In this document: one piece after another, positions 21,242-32,121 of the stretch
Layout of the letters: the number at the start of each line of letters is the position of its first letter
How positions within the stretch are numbered: position 1 is the stretch's first letter
NCBI GenBank assembly: GCA_963707985.1
Contig: CAVPRW010000017.1
Coordinates: 64,001 to 128,000 of the forward strand
From: an uncultured Nitrospinota bacterium
Lineage (GTDB): Bacteria > Tectomicrobia > Entotheonellia > J063 > CAVPRW01
DNA length: 64,000 nt
Direction: 5' to 3'
Notes under the pieces: generated by a model
The model's input: the letters and a program-made list of their open reading frames with translations, nothing else
Database searches by the model: none
Told to the model about the DNA's origin: nothing
Program-made: the position numbers and the translations under genes

Positions 21242-21510
21242 GTTCTAGTCTTTATCGTGACACTCTCCTGTATCTCACCCTGAGGGAAAGGATAAACCTG
21301 CTGCCGCGCTTAGACAATGGATCGAGGTTTCATATTCCGATCTATTCTGACAAAAAAATTAGGTTTATATTTCGTAGACCATACTTCTGGATGTCACGCA
21401 AAAGTACTGGTTACATTGTGCTCATGACTGACTAGAACCACTGACTGGCACGAACCGAGATCAGGCGCGCCAAACCTGTGGGATACGCAGTACTATAGGT
21501 TTTCCCGGGT

Positions 21511-22179
21511 TCAGTGCACCCTTCCCAGCATGCCCCGTTCTCTGGCATACAAGGCGGCCTCTCGTCGGCTATGGAGTTGGAGCTTTTCCAAAATATTATG
21601 GACGTGGTTCTTCACCGTCTGGATCTCGATCTCCAAACGGACGGCGATTTCTTTATTACTGCACCGCTCCTCAATCAACGCGAGGATCTGGCGTTCACGA
21701 GAGGTGAGATGCGGCAGGTCGAGGCGCTGAACCTGCGCCCTGGCGTGAGCCTCTTCCGCAATTTGGGAGAAGAGCAGCGCGATGATTTTCGGAGAGCACA
21801 GGGCCTCGCCTGCCACCAGAGCCCGAATGTTCTGCAGCAGCTCCTCCAACGATGCTTCCCGCTGCAGCAGCCCAGCAGCCCCTGCTTCGATGCAGGCCAG
21901 AACGTCGGCTTCCGATTCGGTAAGGCCCATCAGCAGGAGCTTGGACCCTGGGGAAGCCTCGCGCAGTTGACGTGCCTCATTCAGGCCATTTCGCCCCTGC
22001 TGGGAAAAATCCAGGATGATGACATCCGGACACAGTCTGCCAATTTCTCCTAAGGCGTCACTAGCCCCGTCGGTACAGGTCACCACAGCGATGCCGCGTT
22101 GCTGAGACAGCACAAACGCAAGCCCCTCGCGAAAGAGACGATTACGGTGGATTATCGCTACCCTGATAGCGTTTTGCAT
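21511..22179 (-). CDS. NarL/LuxR-family response regulator
   Basis: Receiver PDVIILD plus LTSRERQIL...SNKEIA...TVKNHVHNILEKL HTH. Confidence 0.93.
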   Translation of the reverse strand: MQNAIRVAIIHRNRLFREGLAFVLSQQRGIAVVTCTDGASDALGEIGRLCPDVIILDFSQQGRNGLNEARQLREASPGSKLLLMGLTESEADVLACIEAGAAGLLQREASLEELLQNIRALVAGEALCSPKIIALLFSQIAEEAHARAQVQRLDLPHLTSRERQILALIEERCSNKEIAVRLEIEIQTVKNHVHNILEKLQLHSRREAALYARERGMLGRVH

Positions 22180-22702
22180 GGCTCTTTCTCCCCGACCTTT
22201 GCATGCAGCCGCATTCGAGATGAGCGGGGACTTTTCTTCGGCTGATATAGGCGTGAGTCGGCATACCGCGTGAACAGGACGTAGCTCATGGAAAGGGTCG
22301 TCTCAACCTGGCTCACCAAAATGGACAACGACCCCGACGGGCGTCCGCCAATCCTAGACCAAATAAGCCCAGAGCCCCAAAGACCACTGCCATATGGCCG
22401 TTGGAGTCATCATGGGCAGTTGTTCTAGTCAATACACCAGCAACTGGGGTGAAAGGCATACATCACCTGAGGGATGGCCTATGCCAACCCAGATGCTGTC
22501 AGGAGATTGCCGTCAGGGGTGGGTACGAGATAACAGGGTGGACCGGAGAGTAGCGCTCCTCTCGTGGAGTACAGATACCCTCACACGTGGAAACCCCAAG
22601 AGTCTTAGAGAGGTGATGCAAAAGTATCGCGAAGTATGACGAATTATAACAAACCTGGGCCGGAGGTCAAAAAAAATATTCTGCGGGTGCATTGACTGAC
22701 AT

Positions 22703-22744
22703 GGCAATGCGGCGGCTCGTCAACATCGCAGCCCCCGCATTGCC
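22703..22744 (-). terminator. Stem-loop downstream of the dehydrogenase pair
   Basis: GGCAATGCGG...CCGCATTGCC perfect 10-bp stem; no U-tract. Confidence 0.4.
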
Positions 22745-22756
22745 TACCGGGTGGGT

Positions 22757-23769
22757 TCAGCGCGCCTTAGCCTGCATCAAGACTGCATAGACCTCCGGAT
22801 TGACGACATGCAGCGGGCGCTGGCCGGTGAGTACCCGCGCCACCTCTTCCCCACAGCGCTGCGGCACCTTGGCCACTGCCGCTGTCGAGTAGTATGCCGC
22901 GTGTGGCGTCAAGATGACGTTATTCAGGCGCGACAAGGGATTGTCAGGCGCCGGGGGTTCGTGTTCCTGAACGTCCAGCGCCGCGCCGGCGATCCATTGT
23001 TCTTGCAGGGCGCGAATGATGGCCTGTTCATCGACCACTGGGCCACGCGAGGTATTGATGAGGCAAGCCGTGGGCTTCATCTGCCGGAGGAACGCCTCAT
23101 TGATCAGATGACGGGTTTCGGCGTTCAGCAGGGTGTGGACGGAGATGTAATCCGAGCGCGCAGCCAACTCTCGGAGGGAGAAGACCCGCTCCACTCCCAG
23201 GGCCGAGAATTGGGCATCGTCGACATATGGGTCGTAGGCGATGACGTGCGTCTCCAGGGCCGCGACCCGGCGGGCAAAGGCTCTACCGATGTTGCCGAAG
23301 CCCACAACGCCGACCGTCTCGCCATGTAAGGCTCCCAGAGGGCCTGGTGGCTGGGATTGCCAGATCCCTGCCTTGACCTCGTTATGGAGCGTCGGAATGC
23401 GCCGATTCCAGGCCAACAGGAGGGCGAGGGCGTGGTTCGCCACTTCTCGGGTCCAGATATCGGGAATGTTGACCGCCACAATCCCCAGGTCAGTCGCTGC
23501 AGGAACATCGATCACGTCATAGCCGACGCCGGTCCGCACCACCACTTTGAGCTGTTTGAGGGCGCTCATTACCCGACGCGTCATGGGAGACGACGACACG
23601 ATCAGTGCATCCGCGTCACGGGCGCGCTCGATGATTTCGTCCTCGTGTCTGGTGAACGGTAACGACTCCAGGTGTGCGGGCACGTGTGCCAACGCCGCTT
23701 GACAGTCGCTAAAATCTCTCGGACTACGTCCTTGAATGACATAGACTTGTAAAGGACTGCATCAGCCAT
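22757..23769 (-). CDS. D-isomer-specific 2-hydroxyacid dehydrogenase (CtBP/SerA-like), frameshift near 23695
   Basis: RTGVGYD, GFGNIG, INTSRG, LDVQEHEP and TPHAA; N-terminus in ORF 23602..23784. Confidence 0.9.
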
Positions 23770-23809
23770 AAGCGCTCCTGCCACAATGGTGTATCGTTAG
23801 GGGACACAG

Positions 23810-24905
23810 TTAATGGGCGGACCCGGCAATCATCGGGGGAGAATCGGACGAGGCCGGCCGGAACCCAAAGGCCTGCTCAAAGCGTTGGGCATACTTGGCC
23901 CAGGCCTCGGGATTGATCAGCCGCGGCGGGCGCTCGCCCCGGAAAATCTGCACCAGTTGCTCTGCATTCCACTGCGCCATGGCGTGGCGCGAGTCCACCG
24001 TGACGCCGGCGGTGTGATAAGTGGCGATGACATTGTCGAAGCTCAGGAGCTTGTGGTCCAGGGGCGGGGGCTCGACGTTCCAGACATCGATGCCGGCGCC
24101 AGCGATCTGGCCCGCTGTCAGGGCATCCGCCAGGGCGTCCTCGTCAGCGATCCCGCCGCGCGCCGTAGTGATGAGATAGGCATCCGGCCGCATCAGCGCG
24201 AGCTCGCGGCGGCCGATCAGGCCCTTGGTTTCGGCGTTGTACGGGCAGTGAATGGTGATGTAATCGGACTGGGCAAGAAGCTCGTCAAGGGTCACTTCAA
24301 CTGCCCCACGCTCCTGGAAATCTGCCGCTTCGATGTAGGGATCGTAGGCCAGCACGCGCATTTCAAGGCCCTTGCCACAGATGCGCGCCACCCGACGCCC
24401 AACCTCGCCCAACCCGATGATGCCGATGGTGCGTCCCTGGGCGTTGCGGCCCTTGAAGACCTCGCGGTCGACACCCCGTTGCGTGCGGAGGGAACGATCG
24501 GTCTGTGGAATGTTCTTGCTGAGGGAAAGTAGCATCGCCACCACATGCTCGGCCACGGCCTCCGCATTGGCGCCCGACTGATTGACGACAAGAACGCCAG
24601 CTTCTGTAGCAGGCAGCGACATCGACAGGGTCGAAACCTGCTCCCGAGGTGGAGAGTACCAACAGCTCTGGGCAGCGCGCGATCAGCGCTGCCGTGCCCT
24701 TATACTGATCCGGCACCTCATCCCGCGCCGAGGTGATGCAATAGGCATGGCAGGTGGCCATCACGGCCCAGTTCTGCTCCTCTGCTGCATCAAAGGCGAG
24801 ACGGTGCACCGTGAGCTCGGTTGTCTTGGCAATCTCGTCGGCAACATTCGGCGTCTTGTGATCATCGAACCAGAAAACGCGTTTAACGGCGCTGCTAGCA
24901 GACAT
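23810..24905 (-). CDS. D-isomer-specific 2-hydroxyacid dehydrogenase, frameshift near 24615
   Basis: STSGAGFD (ORF 24363..25085) joins GLGEVG, TTARGG, DVWNVEP and YHTAG (ORF 23810..24622). Confidence 0.88.
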
Positions 24906-25475
24906 CTGGCGATCTCTCCTCGTCAATGATGGCCCTTCAAGAGCCAGGTACGCAATACGATGGCTTCCCGGCCTAAGCCCTTCCTTTTGAGGATGGGGTG
25001 GGCGGCGGGGCAAGAGCGGCACACGATACGCGATTGTGTCACATTCAGCTGAAGTGCCCCACAATGGATGTGCTGGTGGGAGCACCGGTATTATATATCA
25101 GTTCCCGTTCCAGGGGCGACGTTTTATGGGGTGTACGGCGGTATCGCGTGATAGGCCTGCTGACTGCAGCACAGATTAGGAGAGATCGACAGTATGTTAT
25201 TTGGGGCTACACTGATCTCGCCCAACTACCCGTCTGCCGTTTGCCTGCCGTCGGCGTGCCAGAAACTAAGCAATGGCTCAGTCGCGCTGACACCTGGGCG
25301 GGCTGCAACGCGAGCGGAAAAGGCGTTGACGCAGCTCAGCCAAATCTTGCAATGTACGCGCGGTAAGGTTATAGTCCGCAGAACAGTCCCCTGTCTTGGA
25401 CCAACGTGGGACTTGTCATGGAGGTAACAGATTCACAGCATAGCCAAGATTCACCTCAAAGAGGGGAGAGTACTC

Positions 25476-25976
25476 ATGGCCCACTCGCTCGAGCAGTTCG
25501 CCGCCGACTGTCATCGCATCCTGAAAGCTGATCCGAGTCCTACCGGGCGGCAGCAGGTGTGCACGCTATTGCAGGAGGTGCTGAAGGACGAGGACTTCAT
25601 CGCCACTCACTTGGGCGACGATGTGCCGGAACGTAAGGTTCTCTATGAAGACCCCGAGCTGGGTTTCTGTATCCTTGCCCACGTGAACCGCGGGGCGCGA
25701 GGCAGTATGCCACACGACCACGGTCCGTATTGGGCCATCTACGGACAGGCCCGTGGGGAGACTGAAATGACCGACTGGGAGCTGGTTGAACCAGCCAGTG
25801 TCGATAAGCCCGGCAAGGTGCGCTCGGTGAAGACCTACTCACTCAAGCCCGGCATGGCCTATGCCTACCATGAAGGCCAGTTACACTCACCACGGCGCGA
25901 GGGACCGACGCGCTTGATCCGCATCGAAGGCCGCAATATGGATAAGGTCAAACGCCTGGCCTATGAACCTGTATAG
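25476..25976 (+). CDS. Cupin / cysteine-dioxygenase-like protein
   Basis: PHDHG..WAIYG and LHSP metal-binding His motifs; RBS present. Confidence 0.75.
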   Translation: MAHSLEQFAADCHRILKADPSPTGRQQVCTLLQEVLKDEDFIATHLGDDVPERKVLYEDPELGFCILAHVNRGARGSMPHDHGPYWAIYGQARGETEMTDWELVEPASVDKPGKVRSVKTYSLKPGMAYAYHEGQLHSPRREGPTRLIRIEGRNMDKVKRLAYEPV

Positions 25977-26113
25977 CCAATTGGTCGGCATGCCCAACAG
26001 GCGATGGACCGGAAGGAGCCCCACGTCACCAGTCACCGCGGTGGCACATAGAGGACTATCGGCGTGGGGCACTCCACGAACCTCTCTCGGCAGAACATAG
26101 GACACTGGGACAA

Positions 26114-26686
26114 ATGGATCAAGAACGCGCACAACAACCGAGTACGTCCTCACCGAAGGAAATTGCGACCCTTGGCGGCGGCTGTTTCTGGTGCCTGGAA
26201 GCCGTGTATGATGAGGTCAACGGTGTGGAACGGGTGGAATCGGGCTACGCGGGTGGTATGATGCCCCAGCCCTCGTACGAGGCCGTCTGTTCCGGGACTA
26301 CCGGCCACGCAGAGGTGGTGCAGGTGACCTTTGATCCTCAGATCATCTCCTTTAAAGAGATCCTGGAGATTTTTTTCGCCATACATGACCCGACGACACT
26401 GAACCGCCAGGGTGCCGACGTGGGTACGCAGTATCGTTCAGCGATCTTCTATCATACTCCTGAACAACAGGAGATTGCAGCTCAAGTGATCAAAGAATTA
26501 ACCGCCGCGGAGCTCTGGAAATCGCCGATCGTAACCGAGGTTGTGCCATTAACGGCATTCTATCGCGCCGAGGACTACCATCAGGGATTCTTTCAGCAGC
26601 ACCCCGAACAACTCTACTGTCAGTTTGTCATCTCCCCCAAAATTGCCAAGTTCCGCAAGGGGTTTTTGGCCAAGCTAAAACCATAA
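26114..26686 (+). CDS. msrA: Peptide-methionine (S)-S-oxide reductase
   Basis: [26 protein letters not shown] and AEDYHQ. Confidence 0.96.
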   Translation: MDQERAQQPSTSSPKEIATLGGGCFWCLEAVYDEVNGVERVESGYAGGMMPQPSYEAVCSGTTGHAEVVQVTFDPQIISFKEILEIFFAIHDPTTLNRQGADVGTQYRSAIFYHTPEQQEIAAQVIKELTAAELWKSPIVTEVVPLTAFYRAEDYHQGFFQQHPEQLYCQFVISPKIAKFRKGFLAKLKP

Positions 26687-26728
26687 ACTCCGCCCATTGG
26701 GGGTTTCAGAAGCCTGACCGGGACTGCG

Positions 26729-26863
26729 TGAATGAGATCCAAGTCTTGGCGGGACGTGCTGTAGATGTGCTACAGCTCATTTCAAGGGCATGGTTGGCTG
26801 CACACCTCGATGATCAAAATCTACGGATTATCGAAGTAACAGCTGCTCCCGATGATGCATAGT
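26729..26863 (+). pseudogene. Sulfurtransferase/rhodanese N-terminal fragment
   Basis: LISRAWLAAHLDDQNLRIIEV followed by a stop. Confidence 0.45.
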
Positions 26864-27039
26864 ATCGCCTGGGGGATATCTCAGGGGCGCTCAGGTGGTC
26901 TAGGAAAGAGGCCCTCTGGCACGCGATGGACACCCCGTAAGCACCAACATCCCGGCCTATGCCCCGGTCGGATCCCCTCCCAGCCATCTCGGACCTGACG
27001 AGGCGCGTGGGGCGTGAGGACGTCCGCTCCGGCCTCGGT

Positions 27040-27547
27040 CAGCCAGGACGCATCTTGTTAGACGTGCGCTCTGAAGAAGTTTGACGGCTCTCAGCAGCGG
27101 AAAACGCCTGGACGCCCCCGAATACATGCGGAGCTGGAAGCCCTGGTGGTGCGTCTGGCTCTGGAGAATCGCTCCTGGGGCTATGATCGCATTGCCGGTG
27201 CCTTGGCGCCTCTCGGTTATACCCTGAGTGACTAGACCGTAGGGAATATCCTCAAGCGCCATGGGATTCCCCCTGCACCAGCCCGTAAGAAAACCACCAC
27301 CTGGAGCGAATTTATCCGCATGCACATGGATATGCTCGTCGCCACAGACTTCTTCACCGCCGAGGTCTGGACATCTTGTGGCCTGGTGACCTATTACGTG
27401 CTGTTCTTTATCCATCTCGCCAGCCGTGGGGTCCATACCACGCAGAAGCAAAGTAGAGGAGCCGGGCCCTTTCTGGGGAAAGGACCTATCGAGTGCCGAG
27501 AACGGCTCGGTGGGCTCCTCAAGTACTACTACCGCGACGCTGCATGA
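27040..27547 (+). mobile_element. Integrase-core transposase remnant
   Basis: ENRSWGYDRIAGAL..SD*TVGNILKRHG..TTWSEF..ATDFFTAEV..YYVLFFI, internal deletion, ends RERLGGLLKYYYRDAA. Confidence 0.75.
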
Positions 27548-27586
27548 GCGTTTCCCAGGCAAGGTGTCGGATAAGGATGAACGGCA

Positions 27587-27862
27587 ATGGCGACGGTCTC
27601 CACTGAAGATCCCCAATTCCAACTGGCCATTCAGGCATGCACGGTGGCCCTGCGACGGATGGCCGACTACGAGCTCGAGCCCTCTTTGCACCGGCGCATG
27701 CAGGCGTTGGGCAAGCGAAAGGAATTTCTCAGTCAGGGAGAACAGGAGGAATTACTCGCCCTGGTCGACTTCGCGCACAAGCGCACGATTGAGAAGCTGG
27801 AGTCTCAAGCCGCCTTGGACCGTCTGCGTGTCGCACTCCCCGGCGTGTTGTCCGAGGTATGA
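27587..27862 (+). CDS. Small helical protein coupled to the HNH gene (antitoxin-like)
   Basis: 91 aa ORF whose stop overlaps the HNH start (ATGA). Confidence 0.65.
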   Translation: MATVSTEDPQFQLAIQACTVALRRMADYELEPSLHRRMQALGKRKEFLSQGEQEELLALVDFAHKRTIEKLESQAALDRLRVALPGVLSEV

Positions 27863-29528
27863 ACACGCGTTCTGACCCACTCCGAGACGCGGTGGTCGAA
27901 CGTGCGGGCAATTGCTGTGAATACAGTCAATTGCCCGCGCGACTCCAGGTTGGTGGCTTTGAGGTCGACCATATCCTGCCCCGATCCCGAGGTGGACTGA
28001 CAGAGATGGCGAACCTCGCGTTGGCGTGCCCGCATTGCAACGCGCGTAAGTGGGCGCACGTGGATGGGGAGGATCCTGAGTTGGGACAGACGGTGGCGTT
28101 GTTCAATCCTAGTGTCGCTGGCACGAAGTCATGCAAGTCATTTAAGTAGCGTGCTTCGCGAACCATGTTCGCATGTTTTGATTGGTCCACGTCCATTCGA
28201 ATGGACTCGCATACAGCCGGTTGTATTCCGGCCAGGAGGCGTTGATATGGGCGATACACTCCTCCCGCTCATGCCATGCCCCACGCTTCAGATCATGATC
28301 ACTGAACGCATGGTTCAACAACTCTGCTTGGTTCAGCCAGGAGGCATGCGCGGGTGTGAAGCGGGGCCGCCACCACCATGGGAACGGTCGGCAGTACTCT
28401 CGGGTGCGCGCGGCGGTATGGCTGGGATCGCCATCCTGGATGAGGAACACCCCCCGCAGCCACCGGTGGCGCTGTCGAAACCGCCTCAGTGCGTGGATGG
28501 AGTGCTCGGCATCTTTTTGGGCCACACACACGGCTTCCATCCGCCCGGTGTGGACGATCAAGCACACCAGCACGTTGACCGTCCCATGTCGCCCGTAGTC
28601 GAATGCCTGCTGTGCAATGGCGCCAGGGATCGCACGCCGGAGAGGGGTGCGTTCCAAAATCTGCACAGTGGGCATCTCGTCAACGCACACCACCCACCTG
28701 CCGGTGTGAGCCAAGCCGACGGCCTTGGCATCGCACCACAGCACCTGTTCGGCACGGACCCTGAAGTGGTCATCCAAGCGGGCAGTCTTCCAATACCGCG
28801 TGCGATGCGGTCGCAGGTCCACCTCCCGCAAGATCTGGCGCATCGTGCGGGGGCTGATGGCGGCAACCATGCCGTCGGCGACCACGACCCGAGCCAAAGC
28901 CCGGCTCGACCAGTGCGTGATGTGCAACCCCTGGGCAATGGGCTCCAGGCACAGCCAATTCGACGATTTGAGCCCGCTGCAGGGGGGGAAATCTGCTGGG
29001 GACGCCCCGCGCGCGGAGCGTCCCTCAGCAGGGCTGCCAGTCCCCCCTGCTCATCGCGACGACAGCGTCGCCAGACCGTGGCCTCATGACACGGCAGCTG
29101 GCGGGCCACCGTTTGCGGGCGTTGTCCAGCACCAACAGCCAACATCATCCGGGCATGTTGCACCTGAAACCAAGGGAGGGACCGGCTACGAGCCATGCTT
29201 TGGAGAAGCGGGACATCGGCAGCTGCGATCTTCAGCGGACGAGGCTTTCGACCACGCATCGGGCAACCTCCTGTGCTGGGACTCAGGTACGCTTCGTCCC
29301 AGTATCGCCACTTGCCCTGAATTTCTTGCATTACTTCGTGCCGGGGACACTAGGTCACAGCGATGGGTCGACCACTTTCAGTGGTCCGAACAGCGCCCGT
29401 TCGAAATCGTGGAGATCACCGCACACGGACGAGTCACGGTAGCACGGTTGCAGATGAACTATCCTGACCTCGTTACCATCCGCCGTCTGTTGGCCGCATT
29501 AAGCCTCCCATGGCGAGCGGAAGTGTAA
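27859..29528 (+). pseudogene. HNH endonuclease interrupted by IS630
   Basis: CCEY..EVDHILP..GG..NLALACPHCN..LFNP | RSQRWVDHFQW...LQMN; removing the IS and one TA restores the frame. Confidence 0.88.
28112..29350 (-). mobile_element. IS630-family element
   Basis: 26-bp IRs with 3 mismatches (GTGTCGCTGGCACGAAGTCATGCAAG / GTGTCCCCGGCACGAAGTAATGCAAG), TA duplication, transposase VCVDEM, IQDGDPSH, ASWLNQAE. Confidence 0.92.
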
Positions 29529-29805
29529 GACAGCAGTGGCTGGCTTGCCATCACCTCTGCCGTAAGAACAGATTCGAGTAATTTGACCGTACGGGTCACG
29601 ATTTGCCGGAAAGCGACTAAGGTCGTATATCACCTCCTAAGGCAATTGAAGAATTAGCGTATTCAAGTAGAGCCTCACGTTCGATTGTGGAACAGTCCAG
29701 ATATTGAGGCCTGAATGTAGACGCACCACGCCCCTTATCCCCGCCGGGATGATCGGCCCCGAGCCAGTCATGGGCGTGTTGTCACATGTCAAAGAGCCAC
29801 GTCTT

Positions 29806-31549
29806 TCAGGTCTGGGCCAATGGGGTCTTGCCCAGCGTATAGGTGACGTCTAGCACAAAGTTCAGCGCTCGACGCAGCAGCTGTGCCAGAGTCCGGATGG
29901 CGCCAGCAAAGCGAAAGGCTTTGAGCCCCCTCAGCCGTGGCGGTCGGCCGTTGGCGATGACTTCTTGGTCGTACCCGTTGGTCCGTTCACTGGCGGTGCG
30001 AGCCCCATAGAGCCGCTGCCACGTCGGGGTGCCACGCTGGATCGGCCCAATAAGGCGCGGATGGTCTTTGAATGTCATGCGGTGGCTATAGCCCAACACG
30101 CCAGAGGCGTGAGGGCATGCCTGCTGCTCCTGGAGCGGACAGGGCCGGCCACACACATATGGCCGCGAGTTGGCGTGGTAGTCGTAGCTATTGGAGCGAC
30201 ACAGGCGGCCGCAGGGGGCATAGGGCGTGCCGTTGGGGTCATAACCGCGCTTCATGAGGGACGCTGGATCGAGGTGTTCGTTGCGCGGGTTGTCGTCGAT
30301 CACTGCCACCCCACCCCGGTCGCGCAGCCAGCGGTCGTTGGCGGTGATGTCATAGGCCGAGTCCCCCAGATGGACCTGCCCCGGCAGCACCGGGATGGCC
30401 AGGGCGGCGCGATGGGCAATGACATGGGTGCCCGCATGGGCATCAGCCGGGGAGGTGGAGTGGCCCAGGGGCCATGCCAAGCCCAGTTCCCGGTTGATGT
30501 CGGTGGTCTTCTGGTGCAGATAGCCAAAGACGCGCTCGGTCTTGGTGGGGTCCTTGGTATCGATGTGGGAGCCCACTTGGGCCTCAAGGTCCGATGGCAC
30601 CTTGGGACAACTGCCCAGCAACTCACCCTGAGGCCCCTGGGTCAAGTGGCACCATTTGAGGCGCACCGCCGGGACCGCGTCTGCGGGCAGGCCCAGCAGC
30701 GTGGCGACCTGCTGGCGGTCCGGGCCTGAGGCCTGGCCGTCTGGGATGTCCTCGATCTCCAGCAGTGCCACCTTGGGGTCTTTGGGGCTGCCCTGCTTCG
30801 CGGTGGCCTGGCGGACCTTGTCGACGACCTCGGGAAACGGACAGGTCAGCTGGAGCCGCTTGGCACCGCTGTGCAACTGGCGGCACAGGTCCTGTTGGCC
30901 GGTCTCGTCCACCCGGAACGACCGGCAACCCTCACAGGCGTACGTACAGCCCTTATAGCGCGCATGGGAGGGTTCGAGCTGGCCATCAGTGGACAGCCGC
31001 TCGCCTTTGATGAGGCCAAAGGTGTAGAACAGGTCCACCACCGAGGTCATGGTCGTTTCGATGGCTTCGGCACCGACACGGTAGCGGAAGTGACTCAGGT
31101 CATCCTCGCCCGGGATAGCCTGGTGTAAGCCGGCCAGCTCGCGATAGCGACACCCCTTCTCCGGTTGGTGGAGATCGCCACAGAAGCGGGCATAGTCGAC
31201 GTACTGATCCACTTTGGCGGCCACCTCCAACACGACCAGGCTGGCTGGGTCGTCGCAGGGGCCGCCTCTGGCGCCATAGTGGGGCGCACAGATCGAGCGG
31301 GTGAAGCTGCAAGTCCATCGTGGCACCGATGAGCCAACTGAGACCACCTTCGACCTCACCCTCGCTCGTCAATGCCATTGGACGCGGCGCAAACTGATCG
31401 TGAGACAGCCAACGGCTGGGGGCCTTGGGAAAAGGCGTGGGGAACGTATCACGATGACGCTGATTGAGGGCGTCAGCATGGGCCGCAAACGCTTCCAGGT
31501 CAAAGGACGTGAGTTGCTCGTGGGAAAGCGATAGGATGTGTCGGCTCAT
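29806..31549 (-). mobile_element. DDE transposase (IS4/IS5/IS1182 superfamily-like), frameshifted
   Basis: STDG, VFGY, GDSAYD and RTASERTN; N-terminus in ORF 31100..31567; element ends not resolved. Confidence 0.75.
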
Positions 31550-32121
31550 AGTGGTTCCTCCTCGCACAGAGGGAACAGTTGAAGTTGGAACTGCTATGAT
31601 GCCTCATATTGGTTGATCGGGCACGCCCTCGCTTGGGAGTGCCGCCAGCATGGGGGGTAGAATTCTTCAACTGCCTAACCTCCTAGTAGCCTGTGACTTA
31701 CGTTTTACAAGGGTGCCAACACCTGCCTCATCAGTTCTTGCAAGCCGCGGAGATCTGCAGTCAGCGGCCACTGCCAGCGATCACTATTGAGACCTCTAGC
31801 AGCAGCGCTGCGATACGACTTAACAGGCTATTTCCGGCACACGTATCGAGTGCTCCGTACCGTATCTGCTCACTCAAGTTGGTTGGCCCTACGGCTCCTG
31901 TGTATTCTGATTGTGGGATCTTTTGTCCAGTTGTAGGATCTTTTGTCCAGTTATGGGTCGTGTAACCCCACGAGCACCACACCTACGGCGTGGGAATCCT
32001 AGCGGAAAGCCGCATCGGTCCTCAGGTATTCCAGCATGGCACGATGCTTGCCCTTAGTGTTGAACCATCGTTATCAACCCACCATGTCATGCACCCCCTA
32101 CACACAGAAGGAGGCCCTCGC

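Noticed and set aside
22180..22700. Possible riboswitch or ncRNA upstream of the LuxR gene
   Set aside because: No recognisable consensus by eye; an Rfam/Infernal scan would be needed
22757..24905. Frameshifts as programmed recoding or pseudogenisation
   Set aside because: Single indels occur in otherwise intact genes throughout the window, so sequencing error is the simpler explanation and cannot be excluded without reads
31916..31952. 17-bp direct repeat GGATCTTTTGTCCAGTT and ORF 31761..31982
   Set aside because: Only two copies, no recognisable function, and weak ORF support
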